64,000 nucleotides of DNA, taken from positions 69,683-133,682 of the forward strand of contig PDIP01000002.1 of assembly GCA_002811645.1 (NCBI GenBank). The letters are read 5' to 3'. Positions 23,526-35,019 of the stretch are shown in pieces (the first letter of the stretch is position 1; each line of letters opens with the position of its first letter). This stretch comes from Corallochytrium limacisporum Hawaii. Taxonomy: Eukaryota > Protista > Pluriformea. The notes under the pieces are model-generated. The model saw nothing but the letters and a program-made list of their open reading frames with translations, was not told the origin of the DNA and did not search any database. The position numbers and the translations under genes are program-made.

Positions 23526-24719
23526 CTAGTCGTCCACTATTAACAACGGCTCCGACGCCACGTCCGGTGCCTGAACCGCCTGCGGCTCGCCCATTTGAAA
23601 CGGAATGCTGGCCTGGGCCTGCGCTTGGAGCTGGTGGAGATCCGGCAGCATCTCGGATGCCTGCGGGTGGAAGACGGAAATTTCCTGTAGGACGTACCAC
23701 TTCACAATATCACCAGTTAGCTCTTGATCCTCCCAAGCAAAGTTCACCTGCTGGCTGGAGATTGGTTCGTCGTTTGGGTCATGCAGAGAGTGAAGGTACG
23801 GGTGCTGCAGGGCCTGCTCGCAATTTACACGGTCCGCCGGGTCCATTTGCAGCATGTATCGCAGCAACTCGATTGCCTCAGGACTTGCGTTCGGGTAAAG
23901 AGCCCTCAGTTCCACACCTTCCTTTTGTTCTATACTGATCATGTACTGCTGGGCCTTATCATTGCAGATATAACCAATCTTGTCCGCAGGCAACCCTCCT
24001 GTGACATCTGTGATCAGATCCAGCTGGTGTAGATAGTTCTTTCCCGGGAAGAGAGGTGCCCTGCCAAGCAGCTCCGCAAAGATGCAGCCTACACTCCAAA
24101 TGTCGAGTGCGCTTGTGTACTCGCTCCAACTGAGCATGAGCTCTGGTGCCCGATACCACCGCGTCGCCACGTACTCTGTCATAAATGCTCGGGTCTGAAT
24201 GGTACGTCCTTCCCCTGTGGCTAAGCCAAAGTCACAGATCTTCAAGTCGCAATTAGCGTTGACCAACAGGTTGCCTGGCTTAAGGTCTCTATGCAAGACA
24301 CCCGCTGAGTGAATGTATTTAAGGCCACGCAGGATTTGATATATAAAGTACTGGAAATGATCCTCCGTGAGGACCTGATCAGAGTGAATAATGTGATACA
24401 GATCAGTCTCCATGAGCGGCGTAACCACGTATATGTCTTCAAAGGCTGCATAGCTGTACGGAAGCAAAATGTCCTCGATAGTTAGAATATTCTCATGCTT
24501 CATATGACTGAGTAGCTTGATCTCCCGCAGGGTACGTTTGCTGTCTGTAGGACTTTCAAAGATTTTGGAAATCTTCTTCATTGCCACCTTTGAACTCTTA
24601 TGCAAGTTTGTGGCACTCACGACCACCCCATAGGCTCCCTGGCCAATAACCTTGTCGAGACGGTATTCCGCAGTCACTTCAAATTTGGTGCCGCCAATAA
24701 TATAAGATTGGGTCTCCAT
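23526..24719 (-). CDS. MAP kinase, TEY type (ERK5/Slt2-like)
   Basis: GQGAYG, VAMKK, HRDLKPGNLL, DFG, MTEYVATRWYRAPELMLS, LFPGKNY.HQL and LHDPNDEP (CD docking site). Confidence 0.96.
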   Translation of the reverse strand: METQSYIIGGTKFEVTAEYRLDKVIGQGAYGVVVSATNLHKSSKVAMKKISKIFESPTDSKRTLREIKLLSHMKHENILTIEDILLPYSYAAFEDIYVVTPLMETDLYHIIHSDQVLTEDHFQYFIYQILRGLKYIHSAGVLHRDLKPGNLLVNANCDLKICDFGLATGEGRTIQTRAFMTEYVATRWYRAPELMLSWSEYTSALDIWSVGCIFAELLGRAPLFPGKNYLHQLDLITDVTGGLPADKIGYICNDKAQQYMISIEQKEGVELRALYPNASPEAIELLRYMLQMDPADRVNCEQALQHPYLHSLHDPNDEPISSQQVNFAWEDQELTGDIVKWYVLQEISVFHPQASEMLPDLHQLQAQAQASIPFQMGEPQAVQAPDVASEPLLIVDD

Positions 24720-25909
24720 GGTGTAGAATTGTATCGATACTGTGCCTTACTGTCTCATTGAAAGCAGGCCTACGACTTTCCACCCCTATTCCATAGCTCA
24801 CTCTTGGTGTCAATCGCACCCTCTGATCTCTTCCCTATCGTTTACCAGGTAATCCTGGTATATGAGACGTCTATGCAACTACCACAAAGTACCTGAAAGC
24901 ATGCCGTACCGCCACATTGACCACTTCATTTCCGGGTCCGAACGGAGTAGGAGATCCTGGCCCAAACCCACCCCCTACTTTGCGCCTTCCGCATTTTGTG
25001 GACGGGCGGTCCGGCTAATTAATGTACCCGTTTTTGCATATTACGCCGACAGGGCACTCCAACTCTGCTTTGCAATATTTCAATCTCAAAATCGATATTT
25101 CTGGGCGAATCTAGCTGCAGTACTCTTACTAGGAAGACCCTCCAGTCTAGGTACATTCACCATGGAAATGAGGACATAGAATAACCAGAGCCTTCCCAAT
25201 AGAGAGATTCCGGACTGGATACAGGATCGGTAACACGGTAGGTAAGGGCGCTTATGTAGGATGGGTAAACGTGATTCCTCGTTTATTATCTATGTCTATT
25301 GAACTTTGATACACACGCACACGAACGAGATCCACGAGAGACACCATCGTGTTAAAAACTACGGGAGTTTGTCCGTTTCGGTACTTTCATTATGGATGTT
25401 CTTCCGGCTCGTAATATTACGTCGCCACTGTGGTCGACCTGCGCCAGCCACAACTCCATACTTTTCACAATTCTTCTTGCCGCAAACGACTGGCTAGGGT
25501 TGGATTTTCGATCCCATACTGGTTGTATAGAAGTGTGGTCTAGTCAAAGGCAAACAGGCCGATCTCTTCCCATCTTTTTTCCGTTGTTGTTGCTTTTTCG
25601 GCACCAAGGTCCCTAGTTTTGGTATAGAGAAGTGTTCGCATGTTTTTCCAAAGTTCCTTCCGAGCTCTTTATGAACAAAACAGGTAGACAGAATGCTGGT
25701 GTTGTTTGATTTCCCGCTGTCTATTGGATTGCAGTTTTGAGGCCCCAGCGGGAGCGGTGGACCACGAAAGTGAAAAGGGGCCTCAGTCCGTGAATACTAG
25801 AGGGTGAGCGACACCGCTCCAACACGAGACGACATCCACCTTCACACGGAGTGCATCACCCGCCAAGGGTCAGTACAATGATAGCTGGCAGCAGTGAGAA
25901 ACGAGTCAA

Positions 25910-25938
25910 AGAGAGAGAGAGACACACACACACACACA
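25910..25938 (+). repeat. Compound (AG)n(AC)n microsatellite
   Basis: Seen directly in the MAPK/STE20 divergent intergenic region. Confidence 0.8.
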
Positions 25939-26488
25939 CCCTCCCCTCTGATCGGGAGTTGTCGTCATATAAATAAGCACAGAGGTCCTTGGCACCAGGC
26001 AAACACCGGAGCCGACAAAACACAATCACATAGGATGGGAGTTCACACACACGCGACGTGAAAAGCGACAATACGGTGTCACAGGGAAGATCGAAAGAGG
26101 TTTTGCATGCGTGTTGTTCTTTCTGCTACCACTTTCCAGCAGGTAAGAAATGAAAACAACTCTGGCAGGTATGTGAAGATTATGGATTACCAGAGCAGGT
26201 GTCCGACACAGAGTTTTTGTAAGACGATATTCTATCGGGAACGTAAGTCCCAATCGGAGGAGTCTTCGCACCAAACAAGACAAAAACATTGGTACACAGT
26301 TACTCAGTTTAACACTTTGAAAGTCTTTTTGCATCGTTACAGTTTAGCAGAAATGGCGTATTAGGATCCCCATTCGAGTCCGACTTTCGAAAAATAGTTC
26401 AGACAGGAAATAGGAGGTTTGGGTTTGTAGGTACCGACGGTTTGTATATTAGCTAAATCAAAGTTTAAAACATATTGAATTTCTCAAA

Positions 26489-28060
26489 ATGTCCGAGCAA
26501 GAACAGGTTAAGGTTGTGGCTCAGCCACCCTCATTTCCTAGCACCCCCGAAGACTATGAAGTGAAGGATATGATTGGCAAGGGTGCCAGCGCCACGGTAC
26601 ATTCCGCAAAGATCAAGGCCACGGGTGAAGACGTTGCGATCAAGATTATCAATCTTGACAAATTCGAGGCCAACATTGACGAAATTACGAAGGAGATAAA
26701 GGTGATGGCGCAATGCAGGCACGAAAATGTCGTGACTTATTTCACTAGTTTCATTGTGGGCCATGAGTTGTGGTTGGTCATGAAATACCTTGGTGGAGGC
26801 TCGTCATTAGATATCATGCGCTATTGGGCACCCAAGGGATTTGAAGAGGATATTATTGCAACCATCCTCAAGGAAGCACTTAAGGGTCTCGAATATTTCC
26901 ACCGCAATGGACAGATCCACAGAGATGTTAAGGCTGGTAATATTTTGCTAGGACTCGACGGAGCCGTGCAACTGGCAGATTTTGGTGTGAGCAACTGGGT
27001 AAGTGATCCGGCTCTTAAGCGGGAACCGCGCAAAACCTTTGTTGGTACCCCTTGCTGGATGGCCCCGGAGGTCATGGAGCAGAAGAAAGACGGTTACGAC
27101 GTGAAGGCAGACATTTGGTCCTTCGGCATCACCGCGTTGGAACTGGCTCAAGGCCGGGCGCCCTACGCGAAACTGCCCCCCATGAAGGTTATCATGTCGA
27201 TCATCAACGAGGACCCACCCACCCTCGACATCAATAGCCACACCAGTGCCAACAAGTATTCCAAGATTTTCAAGAAGATGATTGACAGCTGTCTCTACAA
27301 GGACCCCACGAAGCGCCCAAGTGCAACAGAGCTGCTCAAATCTCCTTTCTTCAACAGAGCCAAGTCAAAGGAATGGCTAGTGAACAATCTGATTGTCAAA
27401 TTACCCCCGCTAGCGCAGAGAGCTGCCAATCTGAACTCGAAGAAAGTCCAAGAGCAGCCCGCGAGCCTGAAACCTGAGGTTGAGAAGGTAGTTCAGAGCG
27501 GGGATAAGTGGAATTTTGATGATGACGACAGCCTGCCAGTGTCTGCTAACAGACCGACCCGGGTCAGTTTCGGTAAGGAGGCAGCTTCTATGATTAAGAA
27601 GGAACCGTCTACTGGGGGCAACGCGAACGGAGATGCCCAGCAGCAAGAGCAGAAGAAAACGGAAGAAATGAGCAATCCAGCACCAGCAACAGCTGAGAAC
27701 AGTGGTGACGATGCGGTGACCGAGGGCCCTGTGCTAGGCTTGAAACTCCGCCTGCGTGACCAGGAAGGTGTTATGAAGGACATCAAATTCGAGTACCACT
27801 ATGGTCAAGACACTCCAATTGGCATTGCTACCGAGATGCTGGATGCTGGTTTGATTAGTGATCCAGACCTACACGCAGTTGCTACCAACACAGAATCACT
27901 AGTCAAGGAAGCCTACAAGCTCATGGCCACAGGCAAGACTGGCGTCGGATCGAGTGTCAAGTTCGGACTACCTAGCGCCGGCAACGGGCCTACTGATGAA
28001 GCTAATCTGAAGGGCTTTGCTCAGTTGGCCATAATTGATTTTGGAGAAGAGGACAAGTAG
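26489..28060 (+). CDS. STE20-family kinase, SPAK/OSR1 (Fray) type, with C-terminal CCT-like domain
   Basis: IGKGASATV, ELWLVMKYLGGGS, GQIHRDVKAGNILL, RKTFVGTPCWMAPEVMEQ, PPMKV; C-terminal LKLRLR...DIKFEY...DTP.GIATEM..AGLI...GFAQLAI. Confidence 0.93.
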   Translation: MSEQEQVKVVAQPPSFPSTPEDYEVKDMIGKGASATVHSAKIKATGEDVAIKIINLDKFEANIDEITKEIKVMAQCRHENVVTYFTSFIVGHELWLVMKYLGGGSSLDIMRYWAPKGFEEDIIATILKEALKGLEYFHRNGQIHRDVKAGNILLGLDGAVQLADFGVSNWVSDPALKREPRKTFVGTPCWMAPEVMEQKKDGYDVKADIWSFGITALELAQGRAPYAKLPPMKVIMSIINEDPPTLDINSHTSANKYSKIFKKMIDSCLYKDPTKRPSATELLKSPFFNRAKSKEWLVNNLIVKLPPLAQRAANLNSKKVQEQPASLKPEVEKVVQSGDKWNFDDDDSLPVSANRPTRVSFGKEAASMIKKEPSTGGNANGDAQQQEQKKTEEMSNPAPATAENSGDDAVTEGPVLGLKLRLRDQEGVMKDIKFEYHYGQDTPIGIATEMLDAGLISDPDLHAVATNTESLVKEAYKLMATGKTGVGSSVKFGLPSAGNGPTDEANLKGFAQLAIIDFGEEDK

Positions 28061-28570
28061 AAACTGACATGCAGTCGTAATAAAAATATTGCTCCGAAAG
28101 TAATCAGACTGACACCAATGTGTATGTGTACCAGGAGTCGATGACAAAAATGTATGGAAAGCGCGTCTATCAACAAATACGACGAGCTAGCACATGACAC
28201 AATCAATGTGGCGCCCTTAGATTCCTGTTGAACTCGTATTTCCTTGTATTTCAATCATACAAACTAGTCCTTGAAACATGTATCATGTATTAACTTCTTT
28301 GAGGCGCAGAGCCAGCATGCATCCCGTCAACCGCGAATGCCCTTCTACTCTTCCCAGGTTGCACCATGTTCGGTCCCCGTCCATGTCTGGACCCTCAAGA
28401 CATGAAACTAGGCCCGCGTTATTCTAACTGAAATGCAAGAAAGGAGTTCTTTGCTCAACAATGGAAATGGTGTAATAAGTTAACCCAACTAGAACTGTTC
28501 TTTAGTGATCTGTATTTGTCTTGGTCCAAATCTTATGATCCAGGCAGAGCACGTAGTTACCTTCAACGAT

Positions 28571-28945
28571 TCAAAGCTGTTGTCCCAAAAATTGCGAAAG
28601 ATACGCCCGGAGTTCCTGGTAGTCCTTCTGCAATTGCATCACCAGAGCCTGTGCGCCTGCTTTGTCGGTATTTCCAGACTGCATTCCCCCAATTCCGATC
28701 TGTTCAAGACTACTGAAGCCAGCAGCAACCCTGAAGAATCCCAGTGTCAATGCCCCAGACTTTTCTTTGTGTGCTGCCCGCTTCAGGTCCTCAGCGGTTC
28801 CTCCCTGAATTATTTGAGCCAGTTCTTGCAATACCTGCTGCTCTCCAGACAGGAACTCTTGGGCCATCTCGGTCCTAAACTCAAAGTCATTGGGCTCGTC
28901 ATCGAGCGAATCGAATAGCGAGTGCTCTACCACAGGTTGATCCAT
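28571..28945 (-). CDS. Stand-alone histidine phosphotransfer (HPt) protein, Ypd1/AHP/RdeA-like
   Basis: 124-aa all-helical protein; DDEPNDFEFRTEMAQEFL N-terminus and AAHKEKSGALTLG resembling the HxLKGSSxxLG phospho-His motif (His codon 28771-28769). Confidence 0.85.
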   Translation of the reverse strand: MDQPVVEHSLFDSLDDEPNDFEFRTEMAQEFLSGEQQVLQELAQIIQGGTAEDLKRAAHKEKSGALTLGFFRVAAGFSSLEQIGIGGMQSGNTDKAGAQALVMQLQKDYQELRAYLSQFLGQQL

Positions 28946-30380
28946 GCTTACTGTTAATGTTTCTCCACAGTAATCTGTACTAATTTTGTCTGCTTGCCGT
29001 CGCAGTTTTTGTTGTCCTCTTAGTTCTTCTCCGTATCGTATAAGACCGAACCGGGTACAATCTAGTCATTACACACTCTCGTTTACAAGATCTATGGGGA
29101 ATACAGTTTGATGATGTCAGCAGTCCATTATACCAGCACATGCCTGTAAGAATAACAAACAACAAAGTCTTCAGTGACCTGGCCGGTTTAAATCCTTGCC
29201 TTCCTGGTGGGTCATTTGTTATGAGTATACACAGCACAGTGGTAACGACGAAATGTGCTGGCTGTCAAAGTGCAAGTAAAGCAATTGCATGTAAAACCAT
29301 ACGGCTATCCAAAACGTTCGGAATCATAGATGAGTTGCTGTGTGTGTCTGTGTCCTTTTCAGTACACATACCCACCGGGGAAGCCCCCGGTGGTCAGCCC
29401 GCCGAAAACAGAACCACCCAAGACACAATTATAGCAACTATTGATGGGGATCGTGATTGACGAAGAAAAAGCCAACAACGAGGCAAATGCAGGAGCTGAC
29501 CACTACTTCAGAAAAGAAACTGCGCATTTGTGAGAGTGTGCAGAGGCCATACCGAAGGGCCTGCCCAGTCTCTTTCGCCAGCGAGACAGGGAGAACTTCT
29601 ATTGCGACCCTCCGTGCACATCACCGCTGTCACTTCTTCCAGTTTATCACCCATTTGCGGCTCGCACAGTCAAGATTTCCTCGCGTGGAAGAAACATCAG
29701 CACGCTTGCCGTTTCTTCCTTTGTCCTCCCGGACGATAACAACGATAAAAGTGGACGAAGCTCAAGCGCACACCGCCCACACACGAGCGAGCAATCGAAT
29801 TTTCCAAGGCGGGGGTCGCAGTTTTGCTCCCCGGCCAACGCAAGGGGTTTGGGTCCCTCCGCGGATACGCACCTACTCCCGGGCGTGCAAATAAAGCTGC
29901 GGGTAAGATTTAATGCAATTGTGGTTTTGAAATCGACCGGAGCGTAAACATACAAGACCGGAACCAAAATATCGTACAGAGTCACACAGTCATCGCAGGC
30001 AGCTACCCTTCACATAACACCTCGGGGACAGGGGCACAAAATGCGCAAACAATTCGTTGCGCGATGGATTCGAATAATACCGGACATGAAATAGGGCCGC
30101 GGATAGGAACCGGGCTCGGGGCCTCTAGGTGGGCCTCTGTGGTTGCCGACTTCGTTTTGTTCGATGGGACTACATGGCTCTTCAGCTGGATATGAAGTCT
30201 GCTTGTAGATGCTTGCCGCGGATGTTCGCTGCTCTTTCAGACCACTAGTTTCACAGAGTTTTGTTCGAGAAGACCCTGCTGTAGCATTGAAATGATAAGT
30301 AGCGGTCTTCAAACATCAATTAAACGGGCCCCCGGCGATAGACGTTCGACTGCATCCACATCGAAAACTATACCATACTT

Positions 30381-30444
30381 GTGAAGTTCTTCGAGATGCT
30401 TGACCATGGGAAGTCGTGAAGTTCTTAGAGATGCTTGAGCATGG
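30381..30444 (+). repeat. Tandem 29-bp duplication (period 35, 2 mismatches)
   Basis: GTGAAGTTCTTCGAGATGCTTGACCATGG (30381-30409) and GTGAAGTTCTTAGAGATGCTTGAGCATGG (30416-30444). Confidence 0.8.
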
Positions 30445-31307
30445 CTATGGTTGCACTCTGGGCAAACAAGATATCTCTGTACACAATAGAATTCTGATTT
30501 GGCTTGTATGTGCTGCAGTGGGTCACTTCGTGGTCTATTGGCCGTTAGTGTGTTTCCTATTGAGCACCCCGGTGGATTTGCCGGTCGTGAACAGTGCTGG
30601 CCAGCTTGACAATCATTAGCCTATAGTACTGCTACAGCTTCGGAGATGGCAATGTAACGACAGCAAATAAAGTATAACCAGAAATAATAACCCCGATACC
30701 CGTGTACAGATCTTTAGACGTTTAGGCCACGCAGGAGCGCTGTGCTCACCGCCCACATCCCCATGCAACCCAAGCTCTCCGGATCACCAAATATGGGGAA
30801 ACCATGTCGGGTTCAGTAGTGAATGTACCTCCTTGTCTGTGATTGGCTGGAGGGCGGAGAGAACGAAAAATTTTCAGCGTCGTCCAGGGCTTTCCGGTTT
30901 TGAAGCTGGAGTTTTAGGCCCCTCCCGGTGGTTTTGTACTGCCTTCGGCGGTCCCATGGTTCTATTGCTATAGTAGCCGTGGAGGTCAGAGGGAGAGAAC
31001 CAAAGGGAATGCTCCCGGGGGGGGGGGGTAGCGGTTTTCTTTCGGAGACCCGTCCGGACGACAGAGTAGCCGTGGAGAACTTTCTATGTAGGCAGGCGAG
31101 GTACTTCGGACAATCGCTCGAACAAGGTGTGTTGAGGCTAGCATCGTATGTATACACTAAGACTACAGGACAGGCGCGTTAAAATTGAGGAATCAACGGT
31201 GGCGGGTCACTATGATGACGTAAGCCGAATCAACCCATGAGGAGCCATACCCGCGGCAGTCCGTTTACGAACACACAAAGAAATCAAGGGAGTGAGGGAC
31301 ACAGCGA

Positions 31308-33785
31308 ATGTCTCTGGACAAATCACAAATGAAGTCTATCGGTGCACCGAGTACTTTGGATCTGGGCCATGGCGCAGACCCAATAAATCTGATCAAAGTC
31401 TACAGTGAAATTGACCATTTAGAGCGTTCTCTGCAGAAGGGTCTTGACAACTATCCCTCCACATTCTTCGACCGACGGGACAGTCGCAGCTCACAACTGG
31501 ATGGATGGCCAGAGCTACCCATGGTCGTAGAGAACCTGGAAGGATGGCACGTCGAAGCTGCAGACGCTACACAGGTTGACGATATTGAGATTTTGGGCAA
31601 GATTGGTATCGAAGACTCGGACAACATCCAGCAATGGTACCACAAATATTTTCTCGGAGAAATGCATGCCAATTATGTCGGCATTGACAGAGAAGGAACT
31701 TATTTCGCCCTTTCATTGATTCAGAAAGAAGATGGTAAGGGGCGGTTGGGTCAACGCGCCATCTTGTGGCGGCCAGGCCGCATCGAACGGCTGCAGCTGT
31801 ATGATAAAGAATTCAGTCGGAAGGACTTGCTTCAAGTCTTCTGTGTCCAACCGGAACGCATCAGGGATCTCACATCATCGAAAGTTCAGAGGGACCTGCT
31901 TCTGCTGGAGGAGCAAGAAGGCAAGAGCAATATGAAAATGGCAGTAATCTATGGCGGAAAAGGCCAGACTACTGATGATGAAATGATGAGGAACGTGGAT
32001 TACTCACCACATTTCCAGCGTTTGCTAAACCTGCTCGGGGACGAAATCATTCTCAAGGACTGGAACCGCTTCCGAGGAGGCCTGGACGTCAAGACGAATA
32101 CTACAGGGACGAAATCCGTCTTCACCACCTTCGCGGGATACGAGATCATGTATCATGTAGCGCCATTCTTGCCCTATCAGGCCAACCAGACTCAGCAGGT
32201 GGAGCGGAAGCGGCATACAGGCAATGATATTGTGAACATCATCTTCATTGACGACGATGATGTCGAATTTGACCCGAAAGGATTCGTCAGCAACTTTGTG
32301 CACGTATATGTCATTGTCAAGTACGACACAGGCCGGGATGTCTGGAAGGTGTCCATTGTTACAAAGGACGATGTGCCACCATTTGGCCCCGCACTGCCTG
32401 CTGAAGGAGTCTTCGACACCGATTCCGAGTTACGGCGCTTCTTACTGACCAAACTGATTAACGCGGAGCGTGCAGCGTACCAAGCGCCTGCGTTCAGCAA
32501 GAAAAATCGCCGCACGATGGAAGTGGCCCTTAAAAATCTCTACGAGGAGTGCACCCAGGATTCGAAGTCTGGAGGCTTCATTCGGGTACTCAGGAAGCGT
32601 AGTGCATCCATCAAGTCCGCAGGGAGCACCAAAGGGTCGAGATCGCCACTGACTGGCAGTTTGAGGCCGAGTCGGAGTGGGAAGTTTGAGCGGGAGACCA
32701 TGGAAGATGTTGAGTTCATCAACTACGGTAAGATCTTGAAAGCTATGCACAGCGGTGGTACCGTCAACAAGAGCGAGGTTGATGAAAGTGTATGGGTGCA
32801 GGAGATGGCCGTCGGTAATGTGCCGTACGAAGTTCAGTGCGGTGACTTCCTTGGCGACGATGCCTACCTGGGAACTGGCAACGGTCTGTTCCTGATCAAC
32901 GCCAATACTTCAGGCGTTCTACGCATGACAACAGACAAGGTCGATGTGCGTCATGTCTTCACTGTGCGCAGTGAGCAGGCAGTGTTAGTGCTAGGTCGCG
33001 ATACAAACTCTTCATTCCTTTCTCTGATCAATCTACAAAAAGACAGGCGCATACTGAGAGAAGATAAGAAGCCTCTACCACGAAACATTGATCTCATTGC
33101 CGTCAGTGACTCACGCAAGCTCGTGGAACAGGAGACAGTGGTGACCGTTGCCCTTGCCCATGGCAAAGAAATGATCATTTGCAGCCTTAAGAAGAAGGAT
33201 GACCAGCCTGTGCTTAGAGTGAAGAGTGTAGTAACCAGTGCTAATTCGTACAAGGTAATCAAATTCTGTGGAGAGGATAACAAGTTGGTCGTTGGAACAG
33301 ACATCGGCTTCTCAGTTCTGGACATTGCGAGTGGCACGACCAGTGTGCTGCTAAAGTCTCCGGATATCAGCATCCAGCCTGTTTCTGCTGTTGTGCTTCA
33401 GTACGAGCTCGTCGTTTGCTGGAACAACAAATGTGCATTCTATGACTACTCTGGCAATCGCAGTCGCGAATATGAGATCACCTTCACGGCCGTGCCACAC
33501 ACAGTCGTTTATGCTTATCCGTTTATATTTGGATTCATGGCGGACTTCATCGAGGCCAGGACACTGTTGAATGGCAAGCTGGTCAAACAGATTAACCTGC
33601 CCAGCTCCTCTGTCATTGCCACAGGCGATGCTATCTATCTTGTCAACGAAGATAATACTACCCAAGGCACATTCAACGTACAGCGTTTCTACCACTCCGA
33701 GTTCATGCCCGGCGCTGCCGGCAGCCGCCTCCGCGATGAGAACTTTGGCGAGCGTTTCCGCTCATCACTGGGCGCTTCTTGCTAA
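31308..33785 (+). CDS. Rap/Ran-GAP domain plus C-terminal CNH domain protein (GARNL3-like)
   Basis: FRGGLDVKTNTTG, YEIMYHVAPFLP, QVERKRHTGNDIV (Asn thumb), FLLTKLINAERA; C-terminal beta-propeller-like CNH region (YPFIFGF...IEARTLLNGKLVKQI). Confidence 0.9.
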   Translation: MSLDKSQMKSIGAPSTLDLGHGADPINLIKVYSEIDHLERSLQKGLDNYPSTFFDRRDSRSSQLDGWPELPMVVENLEGWHVEAADATQVDDIEILGKIGIEDSDNIQQWYHKYFLGEMHANYVGIDREGTYFALSLIQKEDGKGRLGQRAILWRPGRIERLQLYDKEFSRKDLLQVFCVQPERIRDLTSSKVQRDLLLLEEQEGKSNMKMAVIYGGKGQTTDDEMMRNVDYSPHFQRLLNLLGDEIILKDWNRFRGGLDVKTNTTGTKSVFTTFAGYEIMYHVAPFLPYQANQTQQVERKRHTGNDIVNIIFIDDDDVEFDPKGFVSNFVHVYVIVKYDTGRDVWKVSIVTKDDVPPFGPALPAEGVFDTDSELRRFLLTKLINAERAAYQAPAFSKKNRRTMEVALKNLYEECTQDSKSGGFIRVLRKRSASIKSAGSTKGSRSPLTGSLRPSRSGKFERETMEDVEFINYGKILKAMHSGGTVNKSEVDESVWVQEMAVGNVPYEVQCGDFLGDDAYLGTGNGLFLINANTSGVLRMTTDKVDVRHVFTVRSEQAVLVLGRDTNSSFLSLINLQKDRRILREDKKPLPRNIDLIAVSDSRKLVEQETVVTVALAHGKEMIICSLKKKDDQPVLRVKSVVTSANSYKVIKFCGEDNKLVVGTDIGFSVLDIASGTTSVLLKSPDISIQPVSAVVLQYELVVCWNNKCAFYDYSGNRSREYEITFTAVPHTVVYAYPFIFGFMADFIEARTLLNGKLVKQINLPSSSVIATGDAIYLVNEDNTTQGTFNVQRFYHSEFMPGAAGSRLRDENFGERFRSSLGASC

Positions 33786-34733
33786 ACCACTCTTCAAGAT
33801 GAATAATCACAATGTATTGATTCGAAATTGGATTTAATGGTTTATATGTATGTAAATATACTGAGCTGTTCAAATCAAAAACTTTGTTCACGGTTCCGAA
33901 AGAGTCGAGGGCAATTGCACCGAAGTCGATTCTATCTCCATCGCTTCACACCTTTTTTCATTCCCCTTCAGTGTGCACACCAGGAGAATGTATATGGAAC
34001 TCCTCGTGCCTCTCTCGCTCTGCCCCAGTGTTGCTTTTCTTGACAATTTTCGGACACCCAATGTTTTCACTATGCAGGTTGCTCGATTTTCCTACGGTCC
34101 CACAATGGGGCCTACGGTCCGCTACCATCCCCTGCCCTTTCAGTCAAATTCACCGTACAACCGACACTGCCGCACCTTTGTGGCCATCCCCGCTCTTCTT
34201 TTTGCCGCTGCCTTGATAATGCTGGCCCATACGGCCACTTCTCCATACTCTGGATATGGAGATTGGATTTGTTTATGTTGAGGAAACTCAACAAATGAAA
34301 AGAGAAAACTTGCGCAAACACCAGCACCGCCTCCTCTCCGCAACAGACCGTTTCACCACCGGCCAGTTGCTGCCTGATCTTTCAGGTGGCGGTGTCTGTG
34401 TAACTTCGTTCCGCATTTGTTTTGTTTGGGTCTGTAGCTCTTGCGGTGCCGGCAATGGTGTACAGTTTTACATTTTGCTTGCTCCATGGTCCAAGTTCTT
34501 GCATCCATTCAGCACCCGTGGACTTCGCGTTCGGACTGCGGTACTTGTTTTGAAAATACAACCATCACACCAAAACTCACTCACACCGACTACTCGGCTC
34601 TCGCACCGGTAAAAACTTTCACTCTGGAGTCAGCCACCGGTGGTCGCTTGTACTTGTTAGCAGGAAGACAACAAGGGCTGTGCGTGTGCGTGCGTGCGTG
34701 TGTGTCCCCCCCCTCCCCCTCTTCCGGCAACCA

Positions 34734-34777
34734 CCCCCCCCCCCCCCTCCCCCCCCGGGGGGGGGGGGGGGGGGGGG
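34734..34777. repeat. Abutting poly-C / poly-G tract (C14 T C8 G21), self-complementary
   Basis: Read directly from the sequence; preceded by a (GTGC)n/(GT)n microsatellite at about 34680-34705. Confidence 0.85.
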
Positions 34778-35019
34778 ACTGAAGATCTCGGTGAGAGAGT
34801 GCAAATGACAAGTCCTGAGCCCAATTCTCCGTTAAGTTGCTTCCATCAGTGCCGGACACAATACCATCTCTGCTTCCTGTCCTGGTAGAGATAGACATGG
34901 GTTTCGAATTATGGGTGTTCAAATTCAGCTCTATATTGCAAAAGATGGATACGTATATGTATTGGGGTTAAGCAAATCTTTCTCTGTTTTCAAATACAAG
35001 ACAGGTGACAGGACACATG

